55,871 nucleotides of DNA from Alphaproteobacteria bacterium (GTDB lineage: Bacteria; Pseudomonadota; Alphaproteobacteria; JABAAW01), in contig JABABG010000063.1 of NCBI GenBank assembly GCA_014238315.1, positions 1 through 55,871 of the forward strand, given 5' to 3'. Numbering within the stretch: position 1 is the first letter of the stretch; each line of letters begins with the position of its first letter. Shown here one piece after another: positions 48,204 through 55,871 of the stretch. Below the pieces are notes generated by a model, which searched no databases, was not told where the DNA came from, and saw nothing but the letters and a program-made list of their open reading frames with translations. Both the position numbers and the translations under genes were made by a program.

Positions 48204-48548
48204 ATGACTTTTGTTGTGACCGAGAAGTGTATTAAATGCAAGTATCAGGATTGTGTCGAGGTTTGTCCGGTAGATTGCTTTTACGAGGGCGAGAGCATGC
48301 TGGTTATCCACCCCGACGAGTGCATTGATTGTGGTGTTTGCGAGCCCGAATGTCCTATCGATGCGATCTTGCCAGACACGGAGAAGGAGGCGGAGCAATG
48401 GCTAGTTATGAATCGCGAGTATAGTGAGTTATGGCCGAACATCACTCGCAAGGGCTTGTCTCCTAGCGATGCCAAGGATTGGGAGGATGTTGCGGACAAG
48501 ATGAAGAATCACTTCTCCGCCAAGCCAGGCAAGGGCGACCAAGAGTGA
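48204..48548 (+). CDS. fdxA: 7Fe ferredoxin (3Fe-4S / 4Fe-4S)
   Basis: [45 protein letters not shown] is the classic FdxA cysteine pattern. Confidence 0.9.
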   Translation: MTFVVTEKCIKCKYQDCVEVCPVDCFYEGESMLVIHPDECIDCGVCEPECPIDAILPDTEKEAEQWLVMNREYSELWPNITRKGLSPSDAKDWEDVADKMKNHFSAKPGKGDQE

Positions 48549-48566
48549 GGGGGTGGATTACGCAGG

Positions 48567-48881
48567 TTAGATGTGGAGGCATGGGAGGCATGCGGCGTAT
48601 TTTCTAAAATAGAATGCTATTATTGTCGAGGAGCGTTGGTGGATGGATAAGGGTATTAGTAAGAATTGGTTATTTATATTATTAAATGGCCTTTCAAATA
48701 ATTTTATAATATAAGGCATTCTATCAATTATCTGATTCTTTGCTAGTAATTTAGATGTTTGATTAGCATTAGATTTTTCAAATTTAAATATTTGAGTAAT
48801 TATTTTAAAGATTTTTATCTCTTGTTGGGAATTTTTATAGCTAAAGGTACAATGTTCACTCAAGCTTCTATCTAATATCAT
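48567..48881 (-). CDS. Hypothetical small protein (104 aa) in the AT-rich block
   Basis: This is the only long ORF in a stop-codon-rich, ~30% GC stretch, and it is Lys/Ile/Asn/Phe-rich. I recognise no motif. It converges on fdxA with an 18-nt gap. Confidence 0.35.
   Translation of the reverse strand: MILDRSLSEHCTFSYKNSQQEIKIFKIITQIFKFEKSNANQTSKLLAKNQIIDRMPYIIKLFERPFNNINNQFLLIPLSIHQRSSTIIAFYFRKYAACLPCLHI
48575..48592. repeat. Perfect 9-bp tandem duplication (ggaggcatg x2) at the left edge of the AT-rich block
   Basis: Read directly at 48575-83 and 48584-92. It also forms the GCATG..CATGC hairpin (48579-93), which is followed by GGCGTATTTT. Confidence 0.85.
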
Positions 48882-48963
48882 AAAACTTCAGCTAAAATAT
48901 AGAAAGTTGTTATTAGAAAGTTATTAAACGAATGTTGTTGTGTTATTGAAATTTTTTTAATCA

Positions 48964-49653
48964 TTAATCACACAAGTTAATATTAGGGAAATGTTTTTTG
49001 AATTCCTCGTATCTTTCCGCCCTTTTTTGCAGAGATTTACCATAGCACTCTAAAATAAAATTATAAGCATCATTATAATTTCGCCATACAGGTTCAGTGT
49101 TTTCTGCCCACTTGCACTGGAAAGGTAAATTGTTCCCATTTGGATTTATTTTTCTTAATGTTTTTAAAGAACAAATAAAAGCATTAGCAAACCCTTGGTT
49201 GCGGTTAGTGGGTTTTTTAACAATTAAAAAATAATAATCTCTATCGTTAAATGATATATCCTCTTTAATTTTAGCTGTTATATGGCTCATATTATTTGGT
49301 GGCTCTCGCCCTGTTAAAACGTAATATATTGCTCCCATGCAATTTGTATTGTCCGCGGTTTTTAATGCAGTCGTTTTCATATCTACATACACAACACCAA
49401 ATTCCTTTGTTTCAATTTCAAAATCACACCAAAATGTATTACGACCCTGCCCCACATTCTTAGCTGTGATTTTCCAAGTGTTTTGGTTCTGCAAAAGTTG
49501 AATTATTTTATTTTCGCTATCCGCAGAATTTCTACGACTGTCTTCTCCGCCAGCGACAGTTGGTAAATTATCTTTTTTATTCAAAAAAGAAACAATTTCT
49601 TCTAATTCATCAGGAAATTTATTCATAAAACTATTGCACGATGGCTGCCTCAA
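48964..49653 (-). CDS. Putative PD-(D/E)XK-type restriction endonuclease partner of the adjacent methyltransferase (unrecognised family)
   Basis: It lies immediately downstream of the MTase, either as TTG 49653 overlapping it by 23 nt or as ATG 49626, 4 nt after the MTase stop. FWCD(77)FEIETK..VVYVD(91)MK(93) fits a D..(D/E)xK nuclease core. GC content is very low. Confidence 0.45.
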   Translation of the reverse strand: MRQPSCNSFMNKFPDELEEIVSFLNKKDNLPTVAGGEDSRRNSADSENKIIQLLQNQNTWKITAKNVGQGRNTFWCDFEIETKEFGVVYVDMKTTALKTADNTNCMGAIYYVLTGREPPNNMSHITAKIKEDISFNDRDYYFLIVKKPTNRNQGFANAFICSLKTLRKINPNGNNLPFQCKWAENTEPVWRNYNDAYNFILECYGKSLQKRAERYEEFKKHFPNINLCD

Positions 49654-50797
49654 GAGACCTTTGTGAGAATAAGTAGCGCCCGCCAGTCATAAAGCCCATA
49701 GAGTGCCAGTCTATTCGATTTAACTTAGCACAAGCCTGGGCTAAATTAATCCCTTTGCGCTTCGGAAATAACGCCAAAACCGAGCCGTCAAACGCAGGTG
49801 CGTCATGTACAAAAAACGGCTCCGATACGCGAGTCTTGCTATTTACATAAATACGCTCGCCAGTTCGCAAAGGATAGCCCCGTCCCCATTGCCACCAGTT
49901 CGACTCATCAAAACGCCTGATACGCCGCGAAAGTAAGCGAGCCTTATGCGGACGCAAAACTCGAGAATTGCGACTGTAAATCATCGGCCGCAACTCGCCC
50001 GTCGAACGAGTACGCGAACAGACGAACTCGATATCGCCATGCTTGGCATTCGTAAATACCTCGTCCGCGCCACTAACCGCGCCAACCCTCACTTCAAAAT
50101 CATCGCCAAGCCGCCTGCGCCTAATCGCCCGACTATCTCCCGCCTCTGGAGCGGACCTATCCAAAAAGTATATTTGCCCATCGAGGCATAAAAACTCGCG
50201 CCCATCTTCCAATAATCGCGAGTCGCGAGAACGCTCGAAACGCCATACCGCGCAATTCGGCATCGCTCCAGAAAAAATACGCTCATCGCCAAAATCACGG
50301 AAATGCGTGATAGAGCCCTCGTTGTATAAATACTCGTTGAGCTTACGCGCGCCGGTCGTCTTTACAAAGTCGCGCGGCGTGATAAAAATAAGCTCGCCCC
50401 CCTCGCGCAAGTGCTGCACCGACTTATAGATAAAATACAGGTAGAGGTTTGCGTGTCCGTCAAAAAGCTCCGAGTAGCCACCCGCCGCAATCTTTGCGCG
50501 CGTGTCCGCAGAAATCCAGCGATTGCGGACATAGGGCGGATTGCCGATGATCGTGTCAAATTTCTCGCTAGTAGGATAGTCGAAGAAATCCACACGCATC
50601 ACGCCAGAAGGAGAGTGCAAACTACAATCCTTCTCTACCGCAACTATCGAGGAATCTTGCCTATCACGCAAAAAAGCTCCATCGCCGCAACATGGCTCTA
50701 GAACTCGACCTTGCCTACGGCGTAGGCTCCACATGGCAGAGACAACAGAAGGAGGGGTAAAAAATTGACCTAGCGCGTTAGAAACCATCTCGCACAA
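49631..50797 (-). CDS. Gamma-class N6-adenine DNA methyltransferase (TaqI/Eco57I-like)
   Basis: FFTPPSVV, motif I RVLEPCCGDGAF, motif IV IIGNPPY and NLYLYFIYKSVQHLREGGELIFITP run parallel to M.TaqI as I recall it, with a C-terminal TRD-like half. The start is TTG 50797 (AGGA 6 nt upstream) or ATG 50788. Confidence 0.85.
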   Translation of the reverse strand: MCEMVSNALGQFFTPPSVVSAMWSLRRRQGRVLEPCCGDGAFLRDRQDSSIVAVEKDCSLHSPSGVMRVDFFDYPTSEKFDTIIGNPPYVRNRWISADTRAKIAAGGYSELFDGHANLYLYFIYKSVQHLREGGELIFITPRDFVKTTGARKLNEYLYNEGSITHFRDFGDERIFSGAMPNCAVWRFERSRDSRLLEDGREFLCLDGQIYFLDRSAPEAGDSRAIRRRRLGDDFEVRVGAVSGADEVFTNAKHGDIEFVCSRTRSTGELRPMIYSRNSRVLRPHKARLLSRRIRRFDESNWWQWGRGYPLRTGERIYVNSKTRVSEPFFVHDAPAFDGSVLALFPKRKGINLAQACAKLNRIDWHSMGFMTGGRYLFSQRSLEAAIVQ

Positions 50798-50871
50798 AAG
50801 ATATCCTAATCAGAAATAATCCTTGCGCAACAGTCTACATCGGAAAGACTCGGCAGAGCAATAGGGAGGCT

Positions 50872-51783
50872 TTACTGCTCCTCGTCTTGAGTGGTGGTAG
50901 GCTTATCTTGTGCTACGCTAGTCGATTCCACTTCCTCTGGCGCGAGGGCGTCATTGCTACTAGCATCGGCTTTCTCGTCATTCTTACTCTTGCTTTTTGC
51001 CGTGATCACTTGCGCCGCACGCAACAATCGATCACCCATTCGATAGCCGCATTGCAATAGTTCGACCACAGAACCATCGGCTAACTCATCGTTTTCAATC
51101 TGCGAGACAGCCTGATGATGCTCGGCGGAGAAAGGCTCGCCGACCTTTGGCACGATGGTGACAACCTGGTTTCGTTTAAGGGCTTCCTCTAAGGACTTTT
51201 CGGTCATCCTGATTCCTAGCACAAGGTTTTTGAGGCTAGCATCTTTCTCCATCGCCTCGTCAGAGACAAAAGCGCGTGCGCGTTGAAGATTATCGGCTAC
51301 CTCAAAAACATCCATCGCGAGTTGCGAGGCTCCGTAGCGTAGAGCGTCTTGTTTTTCGCGCTGAAAACGCCTGCGTGTATTCTCGACTTCTGCCAAGGCA
51401 CGCGCTAAACGTTCGGACAAATCGGCTATTTGCTCTTGCGTTGTATCTCTATCCTCTTTACCAAGAGTGCTACCATCAAAAGACAGTATTTCATCCTGCG
51501 ATTCTTCTCGTTTGCGAGTGGCATTTTCTTGCTTGGTTGCACCATCTACTTTTGCGGTTTTCTGCGCTTCTGCTGCAACTTGGGCTATCAACTTTTCTTC
51601 TGCGTTTAGACCTTCGGACTCTTCTATCCCTTCTTCCATTTTTTTTTCTGCTCCTTCTTTCATCTCTTTTAGAATCTCTTTCCCCCCCCCTTCGTCTACT
51701 GGTTTTTTATCGCCACTTGAGAGTGAGGCGGACTTTGCAAACTTTGCTTTAGCTTGATCGTTTTTTGTTGAGAGGTTGCTCAT
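50872..51783 (-). CDS. grpE: Nucleotide exchange factor GrpE, with long charged N- and C-terminal extensions
   Basis: The core runs LSERLARALAEVENTRRRFQREK ... GYRMGDRLLRAAQV. It is 303 aa, compared with about 200 aa typically. It lies 39 nt downstream of dnaJ. Confidence 0.9.
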   Translation of the reverse strand: MSNLSTKNDQAKAKFAKSASLSSGDKKPVDEGGGKEILKEMKEGAEKKMEEGIEESEGLNAEEKLIAQVAAEAQKTAKVDGATKQENATRKREESQDEILSFDGSTLGKEDRDTTQEQIADLSERLARALAEVENTRRRFQREKQDALRYGASQLAMDVFEVADNLQRARAFVSDEAMEKDASLKNLVLGIRMTEKSLEEALKRNQVVTIVPKVGEPFSAEHHQAVSQIENDELADGSVVELLQCGYRMGDRLLRAAQVITAKSKSKNDEKADASSNDALAPEEVESTSVAQDKPTTTQDEEQ

Positions 51784-51822
51784 GTTCCTATTGGGTTTTT
51801 TGTTTCTGCGACTATTAGTAGT

Positions 51823-52968
51823 TTATGAAGATTGCTTGCTACGCGCCCAGAAATCTTTCACGCGCGCGAGAAAATTTTCACTTTCTGGGTTTTGTGATTT
51901 CTTTTCTTCCTTTTCAAAATTTTCCAAACACCCGCGTTGCGATTCCGATAGGTTACGAGGTATTTCGACCTCCAAGGCTACTATCATATCGCCACGAGTT
52001 GCGCTCTGCAGGGTGTAGGTTCCTTTTCCGCGCAAACGAAATCTATCCCCCGACTGACTACCCGCCGGTATTTTCAAAGAGACTTTTCCCCCATCGATCG
52101 ATGGTAAGGTAATAGCGCGCCCTAAGGCCGCGGTTGCTATCGAAACAGGTAGTCGGCAGTAGATGGTATTTCTCTCTCGTTGGAAGATGGGATGAATTTT
52201 AGTGCGCACGAAAATATAGAGATCGCCGTTTTTCCTCCCCATTGCGCCTTTGTAACCACCTTTTTCGCTAACGCGGATGCGCGTTCCGTTGTCGGCACCA
52301 CGCGGTATCTTCACAGATATGCGGTTGCGCCCGCGCATTTGCCCGCTACCATTACAGCGGCGGCAAGGATCGGCTATAATTCTACCACCACCTTGGCATC
52401 GCCTACAGGTATGCTCTAGCGTGAAAAATCCTTGTTGCGAGCGGAATGTTCCAGACCCGTCACACTCCGAGCAAGTTTGCGCGCCGCGTCCAGAGCTAGA
52501 GCCTTTACCGTTGCAGCTCTCGCAGGCAATTGGCGCGGTGACCTCAATAGATTTTTCTACTCCGTAAAAAGTTTCTTCTAGCGAGAGATCGACATCGACT
52601 CGCAGGTCTGCACCGTGCTGTGTTCCGCGTTGTTGAGTCCCGCGTCGTCCGCTGCCCATGATGTCAGCGAACTCACTGAACATATCCTCGAAGATATCAC
52701 CGAAACCGCCTGCGCCGGCTTGCCGTCCACCGCCAGCATTGCTTCTGAATGCGTCGTGCCCATAGCGATCATAAGTGGGACGTTTCTTCTCGTCGCCTAA
52801 TACTTCGTAGGCTTCGGTCGCTTCTTTAAAGGCTTGCTCTGCTTTCTTGTCGCCAGGATTGCGGTCGGGATGATGCTTCATGGCAAGCGTGCGGTACGCA
52901 CGCTTGACAGCACTCGTATCGGCATCTCGCGAAATGCCTAGAACATCGTAATAGTCTTGTTTTGCCAT
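51823..52968 (-). CDS. dnaJ: Molecular chaperone DnaJ
   Basis: J domain (DYYDVLGISRDA..HPDRNP), a G/F region and four CxxCxGxG zinc motifs. Confidence 0.95.
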   Translation of the reverse strand: MAKQDYYDVLGISRDADTSAVKRAYRTLAMKHHPDRNPGDKKAEQAFKEATEAYEVLGDEKKRPTYDRYGHDAFRSNAGGGRQAGAGGFGDIFEDMFSEFADIMGSGRRGTQQRGTQHGADLRVDVDLSLEETFYGVEKSIEVTAPIACESCNGKGSSSGRGAQTCSECDGSGTFRSQQGFFTLEHTCRRCQGGGRIIADPCRRCNGSGQMRGRNRISVKIPRGADNGTRIRVSEKGGYKGAMGRKNGDLYIFVRTKIHPIFQRERNTIYCRLPVSIATAALGRAITLPSIDGGKVSLKIPAGSQSGDRFRLRGKGTYTLQSATRGDMIVALEVEIPRNLSESQRGCLENFEKEEKKSQNPESENFLARVKDFWARSKQSS

Positions 52969-53061
52969 GCAAGCTTATGCTGCCTAGGTTTTACAGCCTT
53001 GTGCTCAAAATTAGGTGAAAGTGTTACTGCACTTCGATTGTTTTCTTATACCACGCTTCAT

Positions 53062-55032
53062 TTAAGCATTTTTATCCATGGGTTCCTGCTTGGCATCTTC
53101 GCTTTTCGTTACCGTTTCGTCGACTTCGCTAAACTCGGCTTCGAGCACTTCTTCTTTCCCTTTTTCCTGCTCGCTACCGTTTTCAGTTTGTGTCTCGTCT
53201 TGCATATTTTCTTGTGTATTTTCTTGCGAAGCTTTGTAGACGGCTTCTCCGAGCTTCATAGCAGATTGTGCGAGTTTTGTGCTTTTTTCTTGGATATTGT
53301 CGAAGTCATCCGCCTCGAGCGTCTCGCGCAAGGATTTCAGGTCTTGTTCGATTTTTTCTTTATCTTCTGTGCCAAGCGCGTCTCCATGCTCGTTGAGGCT
53401 CTTTTCGGTGCTATGCGCTAGTGCTTCTGCGGTGTTTTTGAGTTCGACTTGGTCGCGTCTCTTCTTATCGCTTTCAGCATTTTGCTCTGCTTCTTTGACC
53501 ATGCGCTCGATGTCTTCGGAAGAGAGTCCGCCAGATGACTGGATTTGTATCTGTTGTTCTTTCCCCGTCGCTTTATCTTTAGCGGATACTTGCACTATGC
53601 CATTGGCATCGATGTCGAATGAGACTTCGATTTGCGGCACGCCGCGCGGAGCGGGAGGAATGCCAACCAAGTCAAACTGCCCTAGCGATTTGTTATCTGA
53701 TGCCATGCTTCTCTCGCCTTGGAAGACGCGGATGGTGACCGCAGACTGTCCATCTTCGGCTGTTGAAAAGATTTGTGATTTTTTTGTTGGTATAGTCGTA
53801 TTACGTTCTAACAGTTTCGTGAAGACTCCACCGAAGGTCTCGATTCCGAGGCTCAGCGGAGTTACATCTAGTAACAGCACATCCCTAACATCACCGCCGA
53901 GCACTCCCCCTTGAATTGCAGCACCTATTGCGACGACCTCGTCGGGGTTGACTCCGCGATGTGGTTCTTTGCCGAAGAAGTTTTTAACGGTCTCGAAGAC
54001 TTTCGGCATGCGAGTCATGCCGCCCACCATCACGACCTCGCCCATTTCGGAGGCCTTGAGGTTGGCATCTTTTAGGGCTGCGCGGCAAGGTTCTATCGTG
54101 CGCTCGATCAGGCTTTCTACTAGTGATTCTAGTTTTGCACGGGTTAGGTTGATGTTGAGGTGTTTAGGACCAGATTGATCGGCAGTGATGAAAGGTAGGC
54201 TCACTTCTGTTTGCGTGGTCGAAGAGAGCTCGATCTTGGCTTTCTCTGCAGCATCTTTCAGCCTTTGCAGAGGTCCGCGATCTTTGCGGATGTCTATGCC
54301 ACTTTCTTTTTTAAACTCGTCGGCGAGATACTCTATGAGAACATGGTCAAAATCCTCTCCACCGAGCTGTGTATTGCCGTTAGTCGATTTTACTTCAAAG
54401 ACTCCGTCTCCTATCTCTAAGATAGATATATCGAAAGTTCCGCCACCCAAGTCATAGACCGCGATAATGCCGCTCTTCTTCTTATCAAGCCCATAGGCGA
54501 GAGCTGCTGCGGTCGGCTCGTTGATGATTCGCATCACCTCCAAGCCTGCTATTTTGCCTGCGTTTTTCGTAGCTTGTCTTTGGCTATCGTTGAAGTATGC
54601 AGGCACAGTAATGACTGCCTTCAGAACCTTTTCACCCAAGTACGCCTCTGCTGTTTCCTTCATTTTTTGTAGGATGTAGGCACTTATTTGCGCGGGAGCA
54701 TATTTTTTACCTTGCGCCTCTACCCAGGCATCGCCGTTATCGCCCTTGACGATCTTGTAGGAGATAAGCGAGGCTTCTCCCTTGCCGATGTTCTTATCGC
54801 TGAAGCTACGACCGATCAGGCGTTTGATTGCATAAAAGCTGTTTTCAGGGTTAGTTACTAGCTGACGCTTCGCTGTTTCTCCGACTAAGTGCTCTTTGTC
54901 CTTTGTGAATCCGACAACGGACGGGGTCGTGCGCCGTCCTTCGGCGTTCTCGATGACTTTCGCTTGAGAGCCTTCCATCACCGCAACGCAAGAGTTTGTC
55001 GTGCCTAAGTCGATGCCAATAATTTTGCTCAT
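53062..55032 (-). CDS. dnaK: Molecular chaperone DnaK (Hsp70)
   Basis: [24 protein letters not shown] and [11 protein letters not shown]. It is collinear with bacterial Hsp70 throughout. Confidence 0.97.
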   Translation of the reverse strand: MSKIIGIDLGTTNSCVAVMEGSQAKVIENAEGRRTTPSVVGFTKDKEHLVGETAKRQLVTNPENSFYAIKRLIGRSFSDKNIGKGEASLISYKIVKGDNGDAWVEAQGKKYAPAQISAYILQKMKETAEAYLGEKVLKAVITVPAYFNDSQRQATKNAGKIAGLEVMRIINEPTAAALAYGLDKKKSGIIAVYDLGGGTFDISILEIGDGVFEVKSTNGNTQLGGEDFDHVLIEYLADEFKKESGIDIRKDRGPLQRLKDAAEKAKIELSSTTQTEVSLPFITADQSGPKHLNINLTRAKLESLVESLIERTIEPCRAALKDANLKASEMGEVVMVGGMTRMPKVFETVKNFFGKEPHRGVNPDEVVAIGAAIQGGVLGGDVRDVLLLDVTPLSLGIETFGGVFTKLLERNTTIPTKKSQIFSTAEDGQSAVTIRVFQGERSMASDNKSLGQFDLVGIPPAPRGVPQIEVSFDIDANGIVQVSAKDKATGKEQQIQIQSSGGLSSEDIERMVKEAEQNAESDKKRRDQVELKNTAEALAHSTEKSLNEHGDALGTEDKEKIEQDLKSLRETLEADDFDNIQEKSTKLAQSAMKLGEAVYKASQENTQENMQDETQTENGSEQEKGKEEVLEAEFSEVDETVTKSEDAKQEPMDKNA

Positions 55033-55080
55033 GATGCTTCCTTGTTTATGCTTGTCTATTTCGGTTCTACTACTAATTTA

Positions 55081-55112
55081 TAGATGGGCTATGGATGGCG
55101 CATATTCAAGGG
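55081..55112 (-). promoter_or_regulatory. Sigma32 (RpoH)-type heat-shock promoter candidate for dnaK
   Basis: The minus strand reads CCCTTGAA (55112-55105), a 16-nt spacer, then CCCATCTA (55088-55081). The consensus is CTTGAA-N13-17-CCCCATNT. It lies 48 nt upstream of the dnaK ATG, and AAGGAAG serves as the SD. Confidence 0.5.
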
Positions 55113-55137
55113 TTGGCAAGGTTATTTTTGCTAGAGG

Positions 55138-55473
55138 TTATTTTTGATATTCTGCCTTCCAAGTGTCGTACGGCATAGCGTAGATATCAGTGCGCACCTC
55201 GTTATAATCGAGGGTGATTCCGCTTTGTGCCGCCGCCTCGCAAAACCACTTCGATAAGCAGTTTCGACAAAAACCGCTTAAATTCATCAAGTCGATATTT
55301 TGCACATCGACGCGCTTTTGCAAGTGTGCCACCAGGCGTTGGAATACCGCCGCTTCAATCGCTTGGCGTTGTTCTGCGCTTAGCTCTGCAGGGGTTTGAG
55401 GTTGGGTTTGAGGTTGGGTTTTAGATTGGGTTTGAGTTTCGGTTTGAGGTTTGTTTTCTTCCATCTTTAGCAT
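55138..55473 (-). CDS. DUF1244-family protein
   Basis: VQNIDLMNLSGFCRNCLSKWF and MPYDTWKAEYQ match the DUF1244 core. The N-terminus carries TQ/PQ repeats. Its start overlaps the waaA stop by 7 nt. Confidence 0.7.
   Translation of the reverse strand: MLKMEENKPQTETQTQSKTQPQTQPQTPAELSAEQRQAIEAAVFQRLVAHLQKRVDVQNIDLMNLSGFCRNCLSKWFCEAAAQSGITLDYNEVRTDIYAMPYDTWKAEYQK
55392..55451. repeat. In-frame 12-bp tandem repeat x5 (gggtttgaggtt-like) encoding the (T/P)Q-rich N-terminus of the DUF1244 protein
   Basis: The units are 55392-403, 55404-415 (these two identical), 55416-427, 55428-439 and 55440-451. Confidence 0.9.
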
Positions 55474-55871
55474 ACCTTGTCTAGTCTCTTTAGGTAGGGT
55501 TCGAGGTATTCTAGCATGTCTTTACGCATGGTTTTGTTGTGCTGTTCGATGATCGGTTGCGCGTTCGAGGCATTGCCTTTTTTTTCTAATGCGGCTTGCA
55601 GATGCTTGGATAAATCTTTTGCGTTTTCCACAACTTGGGTTAGTTGAAACTTGTGCAATAACTCGGCGTGGGTATTTTGTAGATGAGGTCCGTGCAATAT
55701 CTTGCAGTTATGTTGAGCCGGCTCGAAAAAGTTATGCCCGCCTTTGTTCGCTAACGATCCGCCAACAAAGACAACGGGTGCCCAACGGTAGAGGCTGTTT
55801 AGCTCACCGAACGAATTGAGGATATAGAAGGAAGACGTTATCCGTGTCTGATTGTGCGAGCGTAGTTGCAA
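55467..55871 (-). CDS. waaA: 3-deoxy-D-manno-octulosonic acid (Kdo) transferase, C-terminal fragment; the 5' end lies outside the window
   Basis: VFVGGSLANKGGHNFFEPAQHNCKILHGPHLQN resembles the conserved GGSL..GGHN.LEPA..G.P...GPH motif of WaaA/KdtA. Confidence 0.7.
   Translation of the reverse strand: MQLRSHNQTRITSSFYILNSFGELNSLYRWAPVVFVGGSLANKGGHNFFEPAQHNCKILHGPHLQNTHAELLHKFQLTQVVENAKDLSKHLQAALEKKGNASNAQPIIEQHNKTMRKDMLEYLEPYLKRLDKVC

Noticed and set aside
48099-48398. A 99-aa minus-strand ORF overlapping the fdxA start region as a possible extra cassette gene.
   Set aside because: It is mostly antisense to the clearly genuine ferredoxin gene and has host-like rather than island-like composition. 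There is no supporting signal.
49631-50797. The methyltransferase as a CcrM-type cell-cycle methylase acting on the GANTC sites seen at 4051-4078.
   Set aside because: Its motif order and its NPPY / VLEPCCGDGAF signatures are gamma-class TaqI/Eco57I-like. They are not the beta-class DPPY architecture of CcrM. Nothing links it to GANTC.
53279-53914. Long antisense ORFs inside well-supported genes. Examples are 211 aa opposite dnaK, 202 aa opposite tig (45962-46570) and 212 aa opposite rph (31416-32054). Others are 185 aa opposite ccmG (15693-16250), 187 aa opposite the exported protein (2911-3474) and 186 aa opposite the MATE gene (27204-27764).
   Set aside because: In each case the opposite strand carries unmistakable family motifs. 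The antisense products are Ser/Arg/Ala/Cys-rich low-complexity strings, typical of shadow frames generated by codon bias. There is no independent support for overlapping genes.
55392-55451. The G/T-rich repeats (gggtttgaggtt and ggtatgggtttg) as telomere-like or host-derived sequence.
   Set aside because: The units are 12-mers, not clean TTGGGG/TTTGGG arrays. One set is in-frame coding sequence and the others are short intergenic minisatellites. Local slippage explains them without invoking foreign telomeric DNA.
1-55871. A search by eye for CRISPR arrays, IS elements or transposases, toxin-antitoxin pairs, reverse transcriptases, riboswitches (ZTP, cobalamin, SAM-II) and rRNA.
   Set aside because: I found no spaced direct-repeat arrays, no transposase-like or RT-like ORFs, and no recognisable riboswitch cores in the spacers of 150 nt or longer. 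Absence is based on manual inspection only and should be confirmed with Infernal/Rfam and ISfinder searches.

Overview
This 55.9-kb window is densely coded chromosomal DNA from a proteobacterium. Protein signatures and several gene neighbourhoods look alphaproteobacterial, but that lineage call is low confidence. Almost everything is housekeeping. There is a dispersed purine set (purM, purN, purK, purE, purA), hda with an AI-2E transporter, and a hyp-hisZ-purA-zapE block. A complete cytochrome c maturation array ccmABCDEFGHI is preceded by dapD-dapE-ptsN. Further genes are uvrD-MATE-dnaQ, rph-rdgB-hemW, fabA-fabB, a Xer recombinase, tal and priA. The classical tig-clpP-clpX-lon-hupB block is flanked by tRNA-Leu(UAG) and tRNA-Val(UAC). 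A dnaK-dnaJ-grpE array has a sigma32-type promoter. I saw no rRNA, CRISPR array, transposase, phage genes or integrase other than Xer. The only clearly accessory segment is about 48.55-50.87 kb. There a TaqI/Eco57I-like N6-adenine DNA methyltransferase gene of host-like GC follows grpE. It abuts, with a knife-edge compositional step, a roughly 1-kb very AT-rich block. That block encodes an unrecognised nuclease-like ORF with a D..DxK motif and a small unknown ORF. This is my best candidate for anything novel, though the conservative reading is an ordinary Type II R-M system of unknown specificity. Other observations: a perfect DnaA box plus three GANTC sites in the hda-operon/purM divergent promoter, several short G/T-rich tandem repeats (some forming tiny ORFs just upstream of genes), and unusual extensions on PurE, Lon and GrpE. 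There is also a 17-bp frame-shifting duplication at the end of a pseudouridine synthase gene, and uncharacterised ORFs translationally coupled to core genes. All functional calls rest on motif recognition from the supplied translations. No searches were run.
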